Positions 9,746-20,466 of a stretch of DNA of 64,000 nt are shown one piece after another. Position numbers and translations under genes: made by a program. Position 1 is the stretch's first letter; every line of letters begins with the position of its first letter. Source of the DNA: an uncultured delta proteobacterium (GTDB lineage: Bacteria; Desulfobacterota; BSN033; UBA1163); contig CAVPSJ010000004.1 of NCBI GenBank assembly GCA_963708295.1, positions 672,001-736,000 on the forward strand. Direction: 5' to 3'. The notes under the pieces are model-generated. The model worked only from the letters and a program-made list of their open reading frames with translations, was not told the DNA's origin and did no database searches.

Positions 9746-10651
9746 ATGTGTACCATCAAGAGAATCCTTTTTTTTCTTTTCGTTCCCTTCTTTTTTCTTA
9801 TCAGCTCTTCCCTGCATGCCGAAACACCCGTCACGATTCCGGCTGAATATGGCGAAATTATCTACCGATTCAACGAAAAAAGCCCGAATCAGATATTCAT
9901 CATTGGTATCAGCCATCGGGACGCGTTAACCTGCCTCAATGGCGCCAAGACATCGAGAGTTCAGGCAGAAATCTATAAAATTGCCGACGGGTTAATCCAT
10001 CAGCAAGGGCTGGAACTTCTCTTGCCCGAAGGCTTTTTTAAGAGCCCGTCAACCGGGGTTGAAAAAAAGGATAACAAGGTACGCAGTTGTGCATCTCTGG
10101 ATATGGATGCCTTGGAGAAGAGACTTTCCGACAACGATGTTTATGTCAACGCGGAGATGCTTCTCAAAGAGACCCACCCTCTGAGGTTGGCGCAGATAGA
10201 GGATAAAGAACTCTATGACGCGGTGAGGATCAACATTGTTAAACTGGTAAACAGCCATGGAAACCCATCCGATTATTCCTTATTGAGTGCAAAACTCGGT
10301 TACCTGCAGGAAAAGAGGAGTGCCGCCATGCTTCAGAAAATACCCGAGGTCGTGGGCGCCGAGTTTAAGCAGGGGAATATCAAAAGCAAGAGGGCCATTT
10401 TTACCGTTGGGATGTATCACCTTCACGAAATAATCAGGTTCTTGAGTCAAAACCGAATTACAATTCCTGCCCCTGCCTCTGTCTCTGATCCGATCAAGAA
10501 CGACAACAGCGAACTGAATCTGTTGAAAGAGAATTTTGGTGTTTCGGTGATCATTCCAAGGACGTTAGCCGGCGATCAGAAGACTTTGGAGATCAACCAA
10601 TTGGATGAAATCGTTAGAAAATGTCAGAGTGACTCCCTGACCTCTCGCTGA
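9746..10651 (+). CDS. exported protein, probable TraB/Tiki/ChaN/EreA-fold member
   Basis: Signal peptide ending SLHA; IGISH, LLPEGF, RSAAM, VGMYHL in the order typical of the fold. Confidence 0.55.
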   Translation: MCTIKRILFFLFVPFFFLISSSLHAETPVTIPAEYGEIIYRFNEKSPNQIFIIGISHRDALTCLNGAKTSRVQAEIYKIADGLIHQQGLELLLPEGFFKSPSTGVEKKDNKVRSCASLDMDALEKRLSDNDVYVNAEMLLKETHPLRLAQIEDKELYDAVRINIVKLVNSHGNPSDYSLLSAKLGYLQEKRSAAMLQKIPEVVGAEFKQGNIKSKRAIFTVGMYHLHEIIRFLSQNRITIPAPASVSDPIKNDNSELNLLKENFGVSVIIPRTLAGDQKTLEINQLDEIVRKCQSDSLTSR

Positions 10652-10827
10652 GATTTACCCCGGACCCATCGGAGATACAGCATTTCCGCAAGTAAAATAC
10701 ACAAATTACCCCATTTTATTGCCCGCGATATTATAAGACAATCCTAAACAAGCCGTTTTCCATTTTCCTGGCAAGCAAACTCCCGGTTGGAGCTGTATCT
10801 TCTGGGCGGTACCGAAAGGAGGGGGGT

Positions 10828-12099
10828 ATGAAAAATAACCGTGGCCGAAGGATACAGTCCTTGGCCTTCCTCTGCTTCGGTCTGATCGGAGGCGCCATAC
10901 TGGGATGCCACCTGCTGATCGCCTTCGCTCCGGATACGGTTCCTCCTGACGCAGAAGCCAACTTTCGGCTAATGGCAGAGGCATGGAACACGGTCCAGCG
11001 GGTTTACGTGGATCGTAATTCAATAAAACCGAAACGAATGACTTATGGCGCCATCAGTGGCATGGTCGATTCTCTTGGTGACACGGGACATAGCCGCTTT
11101 CTCACTCCTGAGATGCTGAAACAGGAGCGCAATCTCACCAAAGGTGAACTCGAAGGCATCGGTGCCGAAGTCCAGATGAAGGACGGCCAACTTGTCATTG
11201 TCGCGCCCATAGACGGATCTCCGGCACAGAAGGCAAAACTTAAACCCGGGGACGTCATCCAAAAGGTGGATGGGAAGGAGGTGAGCGGCCTCCCCCTGGA
11301 CCAGGCCGTAGACCTCATTTTAGGACCTGCAGGAAGCGCGGTGAGGCTGACCGTTCTTGATTCTCGCACCAGACAGACCAGGGACATCACCCTCATTCGG
11401 GCACGCGTCACCCTTCATAACGTGACCTGGAATCCGTTGCCGGGTACGACAGTGGCCCACTTGCGTATCTCGACCTTCAGCAAGAGAGTCGCCAAGGAGC
11501 TTCGGGAGGCACTCATCGGTATCCAAAGAGAGAAGCTGACCGCGCTTATTCTGGACTTAAGAAATAATCCGGGGGGGCTCTATGACGAGGCCGTTTCCGC
11601 AGCCAGCCAGTTTCTCCGGAGCGGCAACGTGCTCCTCGAAAAGAATGCCCTCGACAAAATCCGCCCGGTACCGGTTCAGCCGGGAGGGGTCGCCACGGAC
11701 GTACCGATGGTGGCGTTGGTCAATGGCGGAACGAGTAGCGGAGCCGAAATCGTTGCAGGGGCATTGCAGGATGGGCACCGCGCAATGCTCGTGGGTGAAA
11801 AAACCTTCGGGACGGGCACGGTCCTTCAAACATTTCCCCTGTCTGACGGCTCAGCCCTGATGTTGGCCATCGAAGAATGGCTCACCCCCGATGGGCACGT
11901 GATTTGGCACCACGGCATCACGCCGGATATCGCCGTCTCCCTCCCTCCGGAAGCGACACCACTTTTTCCACTCACCGAGAAGGAATGGACCGCAGAGAAG
12001 CTGAGGGAAAGTGGAGATGTCCAGCTCTTGCGCGCCCTGGATCTGCTCCACCAGGAGAAAGGAAATCGCACGGTGCTGATGGAAAGGGTTCTTCTATGA
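10828..12099 (+). CDS. ctpA: S41 family C-terminal processing peptidase
   Basis: PDZ, LDLRNNPGG, TSSGAEI, GEKTFGTG, GITPD. Confidence 0.9.
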   Translation: MKNNRGRRIQSLAFLCFGLIGGAILGCHLLIAFAPDTVPPDAEANFRLMAEAWNTVQRVYVDRNSIKPKRMTYGAISGMVDSLGDTGHSRFLTPEMLKQERNLTKGELEGIGAEVQMKDGQLVIVAPIDGSPAQKAKLKPGDVIQKVDGKEVSGLPLDQAVDLILGPAGSAVRLTVLDSRTRQTRDITLIRARVTLHNVTWNPLPGTTVAHLRISTFSKRVAKELREALIGIQREKLTALILDLRNNPGGLYDEAVSAASQFLRSGNVLLEKNALDKIRPVPVQPGGVATDVPMVALVNGGTSSGAEIVAGALQDGHRAMLVGEKTFGTGTVLQTFPLSDGSALMLAIEEWLTPDGHVIWHHGITPDIAVSLPPEATPLFPLTEKEWTAEKLRESGDVQLLRALDLLHQEKGNRTVLMERVLL

Positions 12100-13404
12100 T
12101 TTCTCCCCGTTATTTCCTTGGTCGCCGATTTCTTTTCGTCACCTTCTTTGTCCTGTGGGGTGTTGGATCCCCTGGGCTCCATGCGAATGAGTGCGTGATT
12201 GACGACGGCCTTGAAGTCACATTCAACATCCAAGCCCCAAGAATAACCGGTATTGCCACAATTCTGACCAGGGAAGGAGAAGCGATAAATTTTAAGAAAG
12301 GAAGAGGGAACATCCTCTACACAGCGCGAACGGATGAGATTTCTCGTGGAGTGAAGGAAGAATTTCTCAAGACTCCGGTGGCTGTAGAGATTTCCACCTT
12401 GAAGATCTTCGCCGACGTGATGGAGCGTGTAGCGGGCAAGAAAATCATCTACGTCGGTGAAAGTCATGACCAGTTTTCGCACCATGTGATGGAGTTGGAA
12501 GTCGTCAAGGATCTGCACAGGAGAGGAAAGAAAATAGCCATCGGAATGGAGATGTTCCAGAGACCTTTTCAAGAAGCCCTGGATGATTATATTGAAGGGA
12601 AGATCGATGAAAGAGAAGTTACTGAAAAACACTCAATACTTCAAGCGATGGGGCTTTGATTATAACCTTTACAGACCCATTCTGCAGTTCGCAAGGTCAG
12701 AGAGGATACCCCTGGTGGCGCTCAATATGAGCCAGGAGATTGTGGACAAGGTCTTCCGAGGGGGGCTCGATTCGCTGTCTGAAGAAGAGAAGAAATGGGT
12801 TCCATCCGGGATGGACTTTTCTGACGAGGCCTATAAAGAGAGACTCAAAAAGGTCTTTCAGGCGCACGAGAACTTCGGGGCAGGAAATTTCGATCTTTTT
12901 TACCAGGCTCAGATCCTGTGGGATGAGACCATGTCAGCGTCGGTCGATGAATTTCTAAAAACCTCTCCGACCGATCAGATGGTCGTTCTTGCGGGGAATG
13001 GCCACCTGGCTTACGGCTCCGGCATTCCTCAGAGAACAGCCAGAAGAAATGGATACCCCTACGCCGTTATCTTGAACGATGCGGACCTCGAAAAGGATAT
13101 TGCTGACTACGTCCTTTTCCCGAAAGGCATACCGGGCGTCACTTCTCCGAAGCTGATGGTATTGCTCAAAGAGAAGAAAGGAAAACTGGAGATCGAAGGG
13201 TTTCCCCCGGAAAGCAACTCCGAAAAGGCAGGGGTGAAGGCAGGGGACGTCCTTATCTCCATCGATGGTGCTCCCGTCCGCACGATTGACGATTTGAAGA
13301 TCGATCTCTTATTCAAAAAAAAAGGGGAGAAGGCGAAGGTAAGAATTTTGAGGAAAGGCCTTTTCGGTTCGCAAAAAATCGATTTTGAAGTCGTACTCCA
13401 GTAA
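12096..13404 (+). CDS. ChaN-family protein with C-terminal PDZ (one frameshift near 12620)
   Basis: YVGESHD, GMEMFQ, QILWDETM, LAGNGH, PDZ GDVL; ATGA overlap with ctpA. Confidence 0.8.
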
Positions 13405-13467
13405 GAAGGGGAAGACCCATTTGAGCAGGATGAAACGACCCCGCCATGACTTGATGCCGCTTCTATC

Positions 13468-15468
13468 CTAGGTGTCGGCGTATTTCAGGGCGATCTGACG
13501 GAAAGCCTCTTTCACTTCCAAGAAAGCATCCACGACCTCCGGATCGAAATGGGATCCTTTCTCTTCGATAATGATTTCCACGGCTTTTTCATGAGGGATT
13601 TGAGGTTTATAGACGCGCTTACTTGTCAAGGCGTCATAGGAGTCCGCCAAAGCCATGAGTCTACCCGGTACTGGAATCTGTTCCCCCTTGAGGCCTTCTG
13701 GATATCCGGATCCATCCCATCGTTCATGATGCGTGTACGCGATTTCTCGGGCAATACGCAAAAAGGAGGCATTGCCAAGGTTTCTTTCAGCCGCACGGAT
13801 GGTATCGCGACCATACACGGTATGTCGTTTCATTTCCTCAAATTCTTGATCGGACAGTCTCCCGGGCTTCAGAAGGATTCTGTCCGAAACTCCCACCTTG
13901 CCGATATCGTGGAGCGGAGCGGACTTGCATAAGAGGTCGATGGTTTCATCATCCAGAAACGGACTGAATCTGGGTTGATTCTTCAAATATTCGGCGAGGA
14001 GCCGAATATAGTTCTGGGTGCGCCGGATATGCTCACCTGTGCGCGGGTCTCGCGTTTCGGTCAGCGAAGACATGCTTTCAATCGTTGCCTCTTGAACCAT
14101 GGCAAGCTCAAGTGTGCGTTGTTTAACTCTTTGCTCCTCCTGCCAGAATCTGAAAAACGTCAGGATGGAAAAGTTACACACCAGGACGATCAACGGTAGA
14201 ACCGGTGAAATGAAAATGCCTTGGCTTCGAAACGTCCACACCGAAGCCTGCCAAACGCCCACCCCGATGATTCCAAGGAGGAGTGAACTCCAACCGGCTC
14301 CAATCCAGGCCAGGATCCATGCTGAAATCAATCCTAGAACCAGCACTCCCAAGGACTCCATCCCCGCGGCCCATTTCGGTCGAGAAATGAAATCTTTTTT
14401 GAGGATATTATCAACAACGGTTGCGTGAACCTCTACCCCCGGAAAGACGGGGTCGAAAGGAGTGGGCTTGAGCTCCTTCAATCCCGATGCTGAGGTTCCA
14501 ACGAAAACTATTTTCCCTCTCATCTTTCCCTCTGGGATACGATCGGACAGGACGTCGGCAGCGGAAACGTAGCCAAAGGTTCGACCCTTCCCACGAAAGC
14601 GAATGAGAAGCCCCCCTGAGGTAATCGGGATCGGGGTTTGATTCAGATATAACGAGTCCACACCCTTTCTGTCTGTCCTCAAGACGATATCGTTTACACC
14701 CCAAGCCTTCATCAGTGTTCCCAACGCGAGGCTCGGGTACAATTTGCCTTTGTGCTCCATGATCAGGGGCACACGTCGAAGGATACCATCTGCTTCCGGG
14801 GAAATATTGAAAAACCCGGATGCAGCCGCAGCCTCGGAAAACATCTTCAGGTTACAGGATACACTGCGGGCACGAATGAAAAGCGACGAGTCCCTTTCAG
14901 TGTCCTCTTGTCTCAGTTCATTGACATGGATGGGGTGGAGCAGACAGTTTTCTGAATCAGAACCTTCCTCAAACAGGAATTGATAGCCTAATACCACCGA
15001 ACCTCCTGAAAGGGCCTTTGCCAGCCGCCGGTCATTATCCCTGAGATCCCCGGGAACTTCGCTAAAATCGAGTTTGACTCCAAAGTCACGGGAAAGCTCC
15101 TTCTTGATGGAGTGAATGGAAGCTCTATCCTCTTCTGCGAATAGCATATCAAGACCGATGCTTAACGCTCCAAGATTTCTCAGTTTGTTTATCAGGGTAG
15201 CGATTCGATAACGGGGCCAGGGCCATTGCCCGTATTGCTTGAGGCTCTTTTCATCGATATCAACGATCACAGGGAGAGAGGAGGATTCCCCCCTGTTTGC
15301 AGACAATAAGAGGTCGTAATATCGATAATGAAGAAAGTTGGTCAAGGTGGGTTTGAAAAGGTTTAGAAAAAAAAGAAGAAGTGAGAAAAGGATGCCGTAG
15401 AGGAGGACGCGCGACTTGTTTTTTCGGTCTCCCCTAAGGATTGGTTTCCTGCTTTCTGGGTCTGCCAT
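13468..15468 (-). CDS. CHASE2-domain HD-GYP phosphodiesterase
   Basis: IDEKSL..YGQWPWPR, DGILRR, PGVEVHA, three TMs, LHDIGK, HHERWDGSGYP. Confidence 0.92.
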   Translation of the reverse strand: MADPESRKPILRGDRKNKSRVLLYGILFSLLLFFLNLFKPTLTNFLHYRYYDLLLSANRGESSSLPVIVDIDEKSLKQYGQWPWPRYRIATLINKLRNLGALSIGLDMLFAEEDRASIHSIKKELSRDFGVKLDFSEVPGDLRDNDRRLAKALSGGSVVLGYQFLFEEGSDSENCLLHPIHVNELRQEDTERDSSLFIRARSVSCNLKMFSEAAAASGFFNISPEADGILRRVPLIMEHKGKLYPSLALGTLMKAWGVNDIVLRTDRKGVDSLYLNQTPIPITSGGLLIRFRGKGRTFGYVSAADVLSDRIPEGKMRGKIVFVGTSASGLKELKPTPFDPVFPGVEVHATVVDNILKKDFISRPKWAAGMESLGVLVLGLISAWILAWIGAGWSSLLLGIIGVGVWQASVWTFRSQGIFISPVLPLIVLVCNFSILTFFRFWQEEQRVKQRTLELAMVQEATIESMSSLTETRDPRTGEHIRRTQNYIRLLAEYLKNQPRFSPFLDDETIDLLCKSAPLHDIGKVGVSDRILLKPGRLSDQEFEEMKRHTVYGRDTIRAAERNLGNASFLRIAREIAYTHHERWDGSGYPEGLKGEQIPVPGRLMALADSYDALTSKRVYKPQIPHEKAVEIIIEEKGSHFDPEVVDAFLEVKEAFRQIALKYADT

Positions 15469-15565
15469 GCATTTAGATTACTTAGGAGCACCAGGATAAC
15501 GTCTTGCCCGGGACGGGCCTCCCAGTGGACAGCTATCCACAGGGCCAGAAGGTGCTTCACTTCAA

Positions 15566-16198
15566 CTACCGGACAATGATTTCGACCCTCCTGTTACGGG
15601 GCTCGGGAACTTCGTCTTGAGTTGGCACCAAAGGTCTTGCTTTGCCGTAAAATGAAACAAACAGCGTATTCGGTTTGACCCCGCTTGAGACGAGCAGATC
15701 TCGGACATAGCTTGCGCGTCTTTGGGAGAGTCCAGTGTTATAAGCCTCTTTTCCCACAAGATCGGTATGACCCACGAGGTAGACCTCGTTTGATTGACGC
15801 CTTTTGATCGTCCTCAGGATCTCCGCCAGCAAGTCTTTGGATTCATGGGTGAGTTTGGTTGTATCGCGTTCAAAGTACAAAATGATTAAGATAAACCGGC
15901 TCGCGGGATCTGGCAGCGTGGAGAGAGCGGGTCCAAAGATATCCGCGATTTCTTTTTCGTCAATGGGTTGGGGAGCGATCTGCGGGCGATCGAGATCTTC
16001 AACCACGATGGCGTATCCAGGCTTGTCAAGTAGCTGAGTGCCTCCTCGGTTGGTCACCGTGATGGCCCCTTTACCCCCCGGATCAGGTAAGAGGACGATC
16101 AGATCTCGTTTTGCTCGATGTGCGCCGCATCCGCTTAGAAAGCAAAGAAGGACCCAGAAAAAAAGAATATTTCTCCAGCGTCTCATTTGTTTCCCCAA
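15566..16198 (-). CDS. OmpA-family lipoprotein
   Basis: Lipobox LSGC; GHTDLVG, LSQRRA, NRRVEI. Confidence 0.9.
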   Translation of the reverse strand: MGKQMRRWRNILFFWVLLCFLSGCGAHRAKRDLIVLLPDPGGKGAITVTNRGGTQLLDKPGYAIVVEDLDRPQIAPQPIDEKEIADIFGPALSTLPDPASRFILIILYFERDTTKLTHESKDLLAEILRTIKRRQSNEVYLVGHTDLVGKEAYNTGLSQRRASYVRDLLVSSGVKPNTLFVSFYGKARPLVPTQDEVPEPRNRRVEIIVR

Positions 16199-16213
16199 TT
16201 CCCCGTCTTTTTT

Positions 16214-16702
16214 CTACTCCCCTTCGACCCTCGCGACGAATTTCGTTCCACGAATGCCTATCGAAGCAGTGGGGGTCTCAAAATGTGCCGAATCGGGTGA
16301 AAGTTTGCTGATAAGTCCCGAAAGATAGGCAACCGTTCCTTTTACCATTCTGATGGCAATAGAGAAATTTCCTTGCCTGGGAGCGAAAACAAACTCATCA
16401 ATGACGACCACGCTCTCCGGCCCCAGTGACAATAATGTATCATCGTTAAAAACCACGCCAATCGATCCGCCCGGACCGGTGCGAAGCGTATCATTCTGAT
16501 GAATTTCCAGGCCGATCGCGGCCGACATCGACCGCCCCTGTCTGACAACCGTCGCCGTTCCACTTACCTTTTGAACGGTAGCGACGGTGGAAGAGGCATC
16601 GGCAGATACAGCTTCCCCGCTGATAGATAGTAAGAAGAAAATTGTGGCCAGAGGGAGAATCAATCTTCTTAAACTGTTATGATTTAAAGTATTATGGTTC
16701 AT
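16214..16702 (-). CDS. FecR-domain exported protein
   Basis: DTLRTG, FNDDT..SLGPES, TPTASIGIRGT. Confidence 0.85.
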   Translation of the reverse strand: MNHNTLNHNSLRRLILPLATIFFLLSISGEAVSADASSTVATVQKVSGTATVVRQGRSMSAAIGLEIHQNDTLRTGPGGSIGVVFNDDTLLSLGPESVVVIDEFVFAPRQGNFSIAIRMVKGTVAYLSGLISKLSPDSAHFETPTASIGIRGTKFVARVEGE

Positions 16703-16744
16703 CTCTCATGCCCTCCAAGGATTTTTATCTTCCGCTTATTTTGT

Positions 16745-16760
16745 TGCATAAATCAAGCCA
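16745..16760 (-). promoter_or_regulatory. sigma54 (-24/-12) promoter
   Basis: TGGCTTGATTTATGCA, with GG and GC at consensus spacing, about 42 bp upstream of the fecR ATG. Confidence 0.6.
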
Positions 16761-16893
16761 CGACATGTACCTGAAGGGTGTAATAATATCGGCCAGTTAA
16801 GATAAATGCTCGAATTTCTTTTCTAACAAAATTTGTCAGGAGAAGACAATTTGTTGGGGTATTGGTCAGGAAGGGATTTGCCTTCTCGGAATC

Positions 16894-17130
16894 GAGACTG
16901 CGTCGTAATTTACGAAAAACTACTTCCGTTCAAAGACTGAATAGGCGGTCAGGTGACAATGCTTCAGGCAGCGAAACCGGTTATCAGTCAGCTGGTTGGC
17001 TCCAAGTCCTTGAAAAGATTGCATTGGCAGCAGACTTGATGACCCGGAATTCTAGAATGACCTCATTCCAAAGTTGAGGAGTCTGAATGTCGTCCCGTCC
17101 ATATCAACATCATGATTACGACACAGTTTC
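16894..17130 (+). mobile_element. MITE family A, longer copy
   Basis: TIRs GAGACTGCGTCGTAA / TTACGACACAGTTTC; ends homologous to 2439-2575 and 48931-48963; no convincing ORF. Confidence 0.7.
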
Positions 17131-17292
17131 ATATAGGAGGGGGTGCGATCAGAGCCTGCTTAGAGCTTGTCTCAACATGTTGTCTTGGAGGTGATCGAAA
17201 GCAGGATGGTCGAGCACACGATGTGCGCCGTACTCTAAATGGAGACGTCGGGATCTATCTGTTTCAGCAATCTCTTTTCCATGGCTTTGGAC

Positions 17293-20200
17293 TTAGACCT
17301 TGTCGTTCCTATCTTTCGAAGGCGACGTATCCGCCCCGGACTTGGAGCGAGGTTTAACTTTCCGGAGACGTTCACCCACCCGCTGTGTGACCACGTAAAA
17401 CACGGGCACAAAAGGGATGGCCAAAAGTGTTGAAGAGAGCATGCCACCGAAAACCACGGTGCCGATGGCTCGCTGGCTCGCAGCACCCGGCCCGACCGCA
17501 ATCAGAAGCGGAACCACCCCCAGGATGAAGGCAAAGGATGTCATCACGATGGGCCTGAATCGGCGGCGGGTCGCCTCGACAGCCGCCTCGGTTATGGACA
17601 TGCCTTCTCTGTGCAGGTCACGTGCAAATTCAACAATAAGAATTGCATTCTTGCTCGCCAGGGCAATCATCAGCACCAGACCCACCTGAGTGTAGAGGTC
17701 GTTCTCGTAGCTTCGGATGATGAGGGATAGGAGGACGCCCACCAAGGCCACGGGGACAACCAGCATCACCGCCCCAGGAGAAGTCCAGCTCTCATAAAGA
17801 GCGGCCAGCACCATGTATACCAGAATAATGGCGAGGGCATAGACGAAGTAAGCCTGGTTCCCAACCTTTTTTTCCTGATAGCTCGTCGACGTCCAGTCAT
17901 AGGCTATGCCTTCCGGCAATGTCTTGGCGGCCAGTCTGCTCCATCTGGCTGATGGCCTGGCCGGAGCTGAATCCTGGAGCGGCGGAGCCGAAAATGGCTG
18001 CCGCAGGATAGAGGTTGTAGCGGGTGATGAGCTCGGAGCCCTGCGTAGGCTTGACATCGAGGAAGGTACTCAAGGGCACCATCTCGCCTTTCTGGTTGCG
18101 GACATACAGATTCTTTACGTCCCTGGGTTGCAGGCGATAGCGGTTGTCCGCCTGGATATAGACCTGAAACACCTGATTGAATTTGTTGAACAGATTGACA
18201 AACGAAGAGCCCAGATAAGCCTGCAGGGTATCAAACACATTCGACAGAGGGACCTGCAGGGACTCGGCCTTGGTCCGATCGATGTTCAGATAGAGTTGGG
18301 GGCTGCGGACGCTGAAGGTAGTGGCAAGGCCCTGAAGGCTGGATTGAGAACTTGCCGCCTGGACGAGGTCGTTTGTGGCTTGCTGGAGTTGAGCCATACC
18401 GAGGCTTCCGCGGTCTTCAACCATCATCTGGAAACCGCCCGTCTGGCCCAGGCCCCGGATCGGCGGCGGGATCACCACAAAAGCCTGCGCTTCCTGAATC
18501 CGCAGCAAGCTCACGGTTGATGTTGGAGACGATCCTGTTCTGGTCTAAAGCCGAGCCCCTTTCCTTCCAGTCCTTATAAACGACAAAGGTCGTCGAAATA
18601 TTGGGGACGTTGGCACCGTCCAGGATCGAAAACCCCCCTATGACGACCCAGAACGCAACTCCAGGGGTTTTCCTGAGAATGGCATTGATTTTCTCAGCCA
18701 CCTCCTCTGACCGGGGCTGTGATGCACCTTCCGGCAAGCGGCACACCAGGATGCCATACCCTTGGTCCTCCGTAGGGAGAAACCCCGTGGGCTGGCGCAG
18801 AAACTCCAAGAATGACGCAGTGATAATGATGCCAAAAACGATCAACCATCAGCACCGGCTGTTTCACCATGCGAGTGACGATTCCCATATAGCCATCGGT
18901 CATGGTCTGAAAGGCCTTGTTGAATCCGCGATAGAACCAATTCAGAGGTTTTTCTTTCCGAGGCCGCAACCAGAAAGCACATTGAACCGGCTTCAAGGTG
19001 AGGGCATTAATGGCGCTGATCACGGCAGTTGAAGCGATGACGAGGGCAAATTGGCGGAAAATCTGACCGCTGATCCCGCTGAAGAAGGCTGCCGGCAGAA
19101 AGACGGAAACGAGGGCAAGCGTGATCCCCATCACCGGCCCGGTCAGTTCCTGCATTGCTTTAATGGTGGCTTCCTTGGGTGGCACTCCCCTCTCAATGTA
19201 GTAGGAGCTGTTCTCCACAATGACAATGGCATCGTCCACCACAATGCCTACGGCCAGAATCAACGCAAACAAGGTCATCAGGTTCACAGTAAAACCGAGG
19301 GCCGCCATGGCGATGAAGGCGCCGATGATGGTGACCGGGACCGTCGTGGCCGGAACCAGCATGGCCCTGAAGCTCTGCAAGAACAGAAGGATCACGATGA
19401 GTACGAGGATGCCGGCGATGATTAGGGTTTCATATACCTTTGAGATGGCCTCTCGCACAAATAAGGTGGTATCGTACCGGATGCCATATTTCAGACCTTC
19501 TGGAAATTGCTTGCTCATCTCAGCCATGGCCTTATAGACACCATCGGCGACAGCGATGGCATTGGCGTCCGGCAGGGCGAAAATAGGGATCAAGGCTGCC
19601 TTGTGCCCGGTAAATCTTGAAAAATTACTAAAGCTCTGCTGGCTCAAATCGACTCGGGCTATATCTCGCAGGCGTACGATCTGCGGGGCCTGGCCGGCTG
19701 CGGTCCTGATGATGATGTCTTGGAACTCGCTCGCTTCGGATAGCCTGCTTGGCGCGCTGATCGTAAACTGAAAGGACTGATCTTTTGGCACCGGTGGAGC
19801 ACCGAGTTGCCCTGCTACGACCTGGACATTCTGGCTTTGGATGGCGGCCAGGACGTCCGCCGTTGTAATCCCAAATGTCTGAAGCCTCTTTGGATCCAGC
19901 CAGACCCTCATACTGTAGGAACCTGCACCTCTGACCACCACCTGGCCAACACCCGGGAGCCGGGCTAAAGGGTTTTGGAGATTAATCACGGCATAATTGG
20001 AGAGGAAAATCTCTTCAAACCGGTCATCTTCGGAATAGAGGCTGACCACAAGTAAAATGTTAGGAGAAACCTTTCTGACCGTGACTCCCTGCTGTTGAAC
20101 GCCACCGGGGAGCTGAGCCAGGGCGCTGTTTACAAGGTTCTGGACCAGCGCCAGCGAGGTATTGAGGTCGGTCCCGATGTCAAAGGTGATCGTTAGGGAG

Positions 20201-20466
20201 TAGGAGCCGTCACTGCTGCTGGTCGATGACATGTAGATGGAATCCTCGACGCCATTGACCGCCTGTTCGATGGGTACTCCGATGGTTGCCGCCACGACAT
20301 CGGCGCTCGCTCCCGGATAACGTGTGGTGACCTGGATGGTCGGTGGCACGATCTGCGGGTATTGGGCTACCGGCAAACGATAGAGGAAGACCAGCCCGAT
20401 GATGACCGTAACAAGCGCGATCACGTTTGCGAAAATAGGTCGTTCGATAAAGAACCGGGAGATCAC
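17293..20466 (-). CDS. RND (HAE1) efflux permease, split by three frameshifts
   Basis: FFIERPIFA, VAQYPQI, GIVVDDAIV, KNAILIVEF, RFRPIVMT in four successive frames. Confidence 0.9.
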
